DNA of 64,000 nt from Eledone cirrhosa (lineage: Eukaryota). The translations under genes were made by a program, and so were the position numbers. The notes beneath the pieces are model-generated. The model was not told the origin of the DNA, made no database searches, and saw nothing but the letters and a program-made list of their open reading frames with translations. The stretch's first letter is position 1. Each line of letters begins with the position of its first letter. This document shows positions 61,680 through 64,000 of this stretch, in pieces. The stretch lies in the NCBI GenBank assembly GCA_964016885.1, contig OZ024756.1, positions 7,688,001 to 7,752,000 on the forward strand, in the 5' to 3' direction.

Positions 61680-61994
61680 AATTTCAACGTTATATCTATT
61701 AGGATATTTGTGCAGCTGCTGGACTTGCATTCCCAAGGCCGTGAGTTCGATTCCTGGACTGGGTTGTCGGTTGTGTGTTGTCATCTTGGAGAGAACTCAG
61801 AAGGAATATGATACAGAAGTCCAGGAAATACAGCAACATACACACACACACACATACATACACACACATACACACATACATACACACACATACATACACA
61901 CGCACACACACATACACACGCACACGTACACATACACACACTCACATACATACATACATACATACATACATACATACATACATACATACATACA

Positions 61995-62330
61995 TAAAAA
62001 TACAGGAGAAGGAGGACATCTACGGACCATTGATGAGGAGTTTACAAATCCAGTATCCAAGATACACCTTTAGCTTCATACCCATCATTATTGGTGCTAC
62101 GGGTTATATACCAACCCGCTTGGACCAAAGTATGACTGAACTTGGATTTGCGGACAAAAAACGCAGCTCCCTAATTCATAGTCTACAAATGGCTGCGATA
62201 GCTGGCACCTTCAAAATTTGCAAAACATTCTTGCGATTCAAGGGATGACAATTTATTTTCTTTTACAACCTTGCCACCAGGAAGGTGGCCGGTCAAAAAA
62301 ATATACTCGAAATTAAGAGAAAGAGAAAAC
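61995..62330 (+). mobile_element. R4/Dong-like element 3' fragment in (TACA)n
   Basis: KEDIYGPLMRSLQ..IPIIIGATG..KTFLRFKG* plus 3' UTR, homologous to 54985-55330; (TACA)n on both sides. Confidence 0.85.
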
Positions 62331-62400
62331 ATACATACATACATACATACATACATACATACATACATACATACATACATACATACATACATACATACAT

Positions 62401-64000
62401 GATTTATTTAATTGTTATAAAATGGCAAAATACAATCCCTCCATTGGCTATATGAACAGAATGAAGCTACACTGGGACGAAATGCACCCAGAGCTAAATT
62501 ATTTCACAGCGAAACAATTACGCCAACAAGCGACGTTATTGAACGTAAAAATAAGATAAATAGTATTAATTGTAAGTCCCCCACAACAAACATGTTATCA
62601 ACAACACGTGCTACAGGTCGCCATGCTACTAGACTTCCTAGCAGCCTGGTCGAACAGCGCCTTGAAACAACTATGCCTGTAAGAAACTTGACACCACCTG
62701 TACCATCTAAGTCTACCTCAAATGCTGGGGAAAACACTATCGATAATAATAATAATCGATGAAATTTGACACCACGTGTACCATCCGAGTCTACCTCGAC
62801 TGTTGTAGAAAATGCTATCGATAATGATAATAAAGAAAAGTATAAACAATTGAAAATTTCCCTCAATAAAATCTTCCAGAGAGAAATTAATTCATGTATA
62901 AAATCTCTCTTGCTGAACGTGTTAAAACGACAATGTTTAATAACAAACCAAATGATGAAATATTACGTGTTATTGACGAAATAGGGGATGAATATTTACG
63001 ACGGATAAAAACCCCAACATTTTGGCAAATCAACGCCTGTTTATATGCCTTAGCAACGACAGTGAAGCATTATCTTGGTGATAACAGAGATATTAACAAA
63101 AACAAAACCCCACAAAAAATACCATCATATATAACTAAAATAGAAAAAAAGATTGCTGACCTACGAAAAACCATAGGATATGCGACAATGCTTCTTACAT
63201 GCAAACAAACACAAATAAATCTCACTTCTCACCAACAAAGAGTGAACAATAAAATAGAGACGATGTTTGGTAATAGTAGAACCAGAACTCTTCAATATAA
63301 GCTGATCACCCTCTAACAAGAATTGGGAGCTGCTAGCGAAAAACGCCGATACCTAAAGAAAGTAGATGAAAGAAAAGTTCTTAATAAAAGATTCAGACGA
63401 AACCAAACATCAGTCTATAGAGATATGAAGAACAAAATAATAAGTGTCACTGAGGCCCCATCCCAGAAAGACATAGATTCCTTTTGGAGCAAAATATGGG
63501 GTGAAAAGAGGAATTCAACCGAAAGAACTATTGCTCCTACACTAAAACAAAAACATACGAAATAAGTGAGGGTACCCTTGAGACTGTGATAGGAAAGCTC
63601 CAAGATAAGAAAACACCACGAAGAGGCACGATTGTCGGCTACTGGTACAAAAAAGTGATATTCTATCGGAGGTATCTTGCTAACCTCTACCAACACGTTC
63701 TTAAGGGAGATACACTTATACCAGAATGGTTGACATTAGCACAAACATTACTGGTCCCCAAGAACAAAGACACCCAATTGGCAAAAAACTACCGACCCAT
63801 TGCATGCCAGAACCTGATGTATAAGATGTATACAGCCTGCCTGAACCTATTCCTCCAAGATCACTGTGAAAATAATAACATCATCACAGATGACAAGCAG
63901 CTGGAAAGAAGGGGGTTTGGGGATGTACTGAACAACTCCTAATCAACAAAACTGCAATGTCGGAGGTGCGACAACTTATGAGGAATATGGCTACAGTCTG
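62401..64000 (+). pseudogene. R4/Dong-like RLE retrotransposon ORF, N-terminal region and start of RT (stops, frameshifts; runs off the window)
   Basis: GYMNRMKLHWDEMHP..QLRQQA; FWSKIWGE; IVGYWYKK; PEWLTLAQTLLVPKNKDT..NYRPIAC.NLMYK; GCTEQLLINK. Confidence 0.85.

Overview
AT-rich eukaryotic (animal) DNA made almost entirely of repeats. The tRNA-derived SINEs and the (TA)n/(TACA)n/(CA)n load resemble a cephalopod (Octopus-like) genome, which is my inference. I can confirm no host protein-coding gene, and nearly all listed ORFs are microsatellite or satellite artefacts. Real coding remnants all come from retrotransposons: one uninterrupted but 5'-truncated Penelope-like (PLE) RT + GIY-YIG ORF (40855-42507), two decayed PLE 3' fragments, RTE-clade fragments and R4/Dong-like RLE elements sitting in (TACA)n. 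The main hidden signal is RNA structure. More than 15 different short sequence families embedded in (TA)n each carry a type I hammerhead ribozyme motif (CUGANGA...GAAA...UH), usually with a palindromic helix III. Several occur as tandem 320-520 nt monomers resembling non-LTR retrozymes, including a 483-bp array. Across unrelated families I also see (i) a shared, covarying 3' hairpin RYUC-stem-UU-GARY and (ii) a shared head-to-head layout with two 3' ends about 70-90 nt apart, both abutting (TA)n. Together these suggest a PLE-driven, (TA)n-targeting ribozyme retro-parasite system. A 5.4-5.9 kb segmental triplication (3.4-19.6 kb) multiplies a cluster of these motifs. All motifs were read by eye; coordinates are approximate and ribozyme activity is untested.
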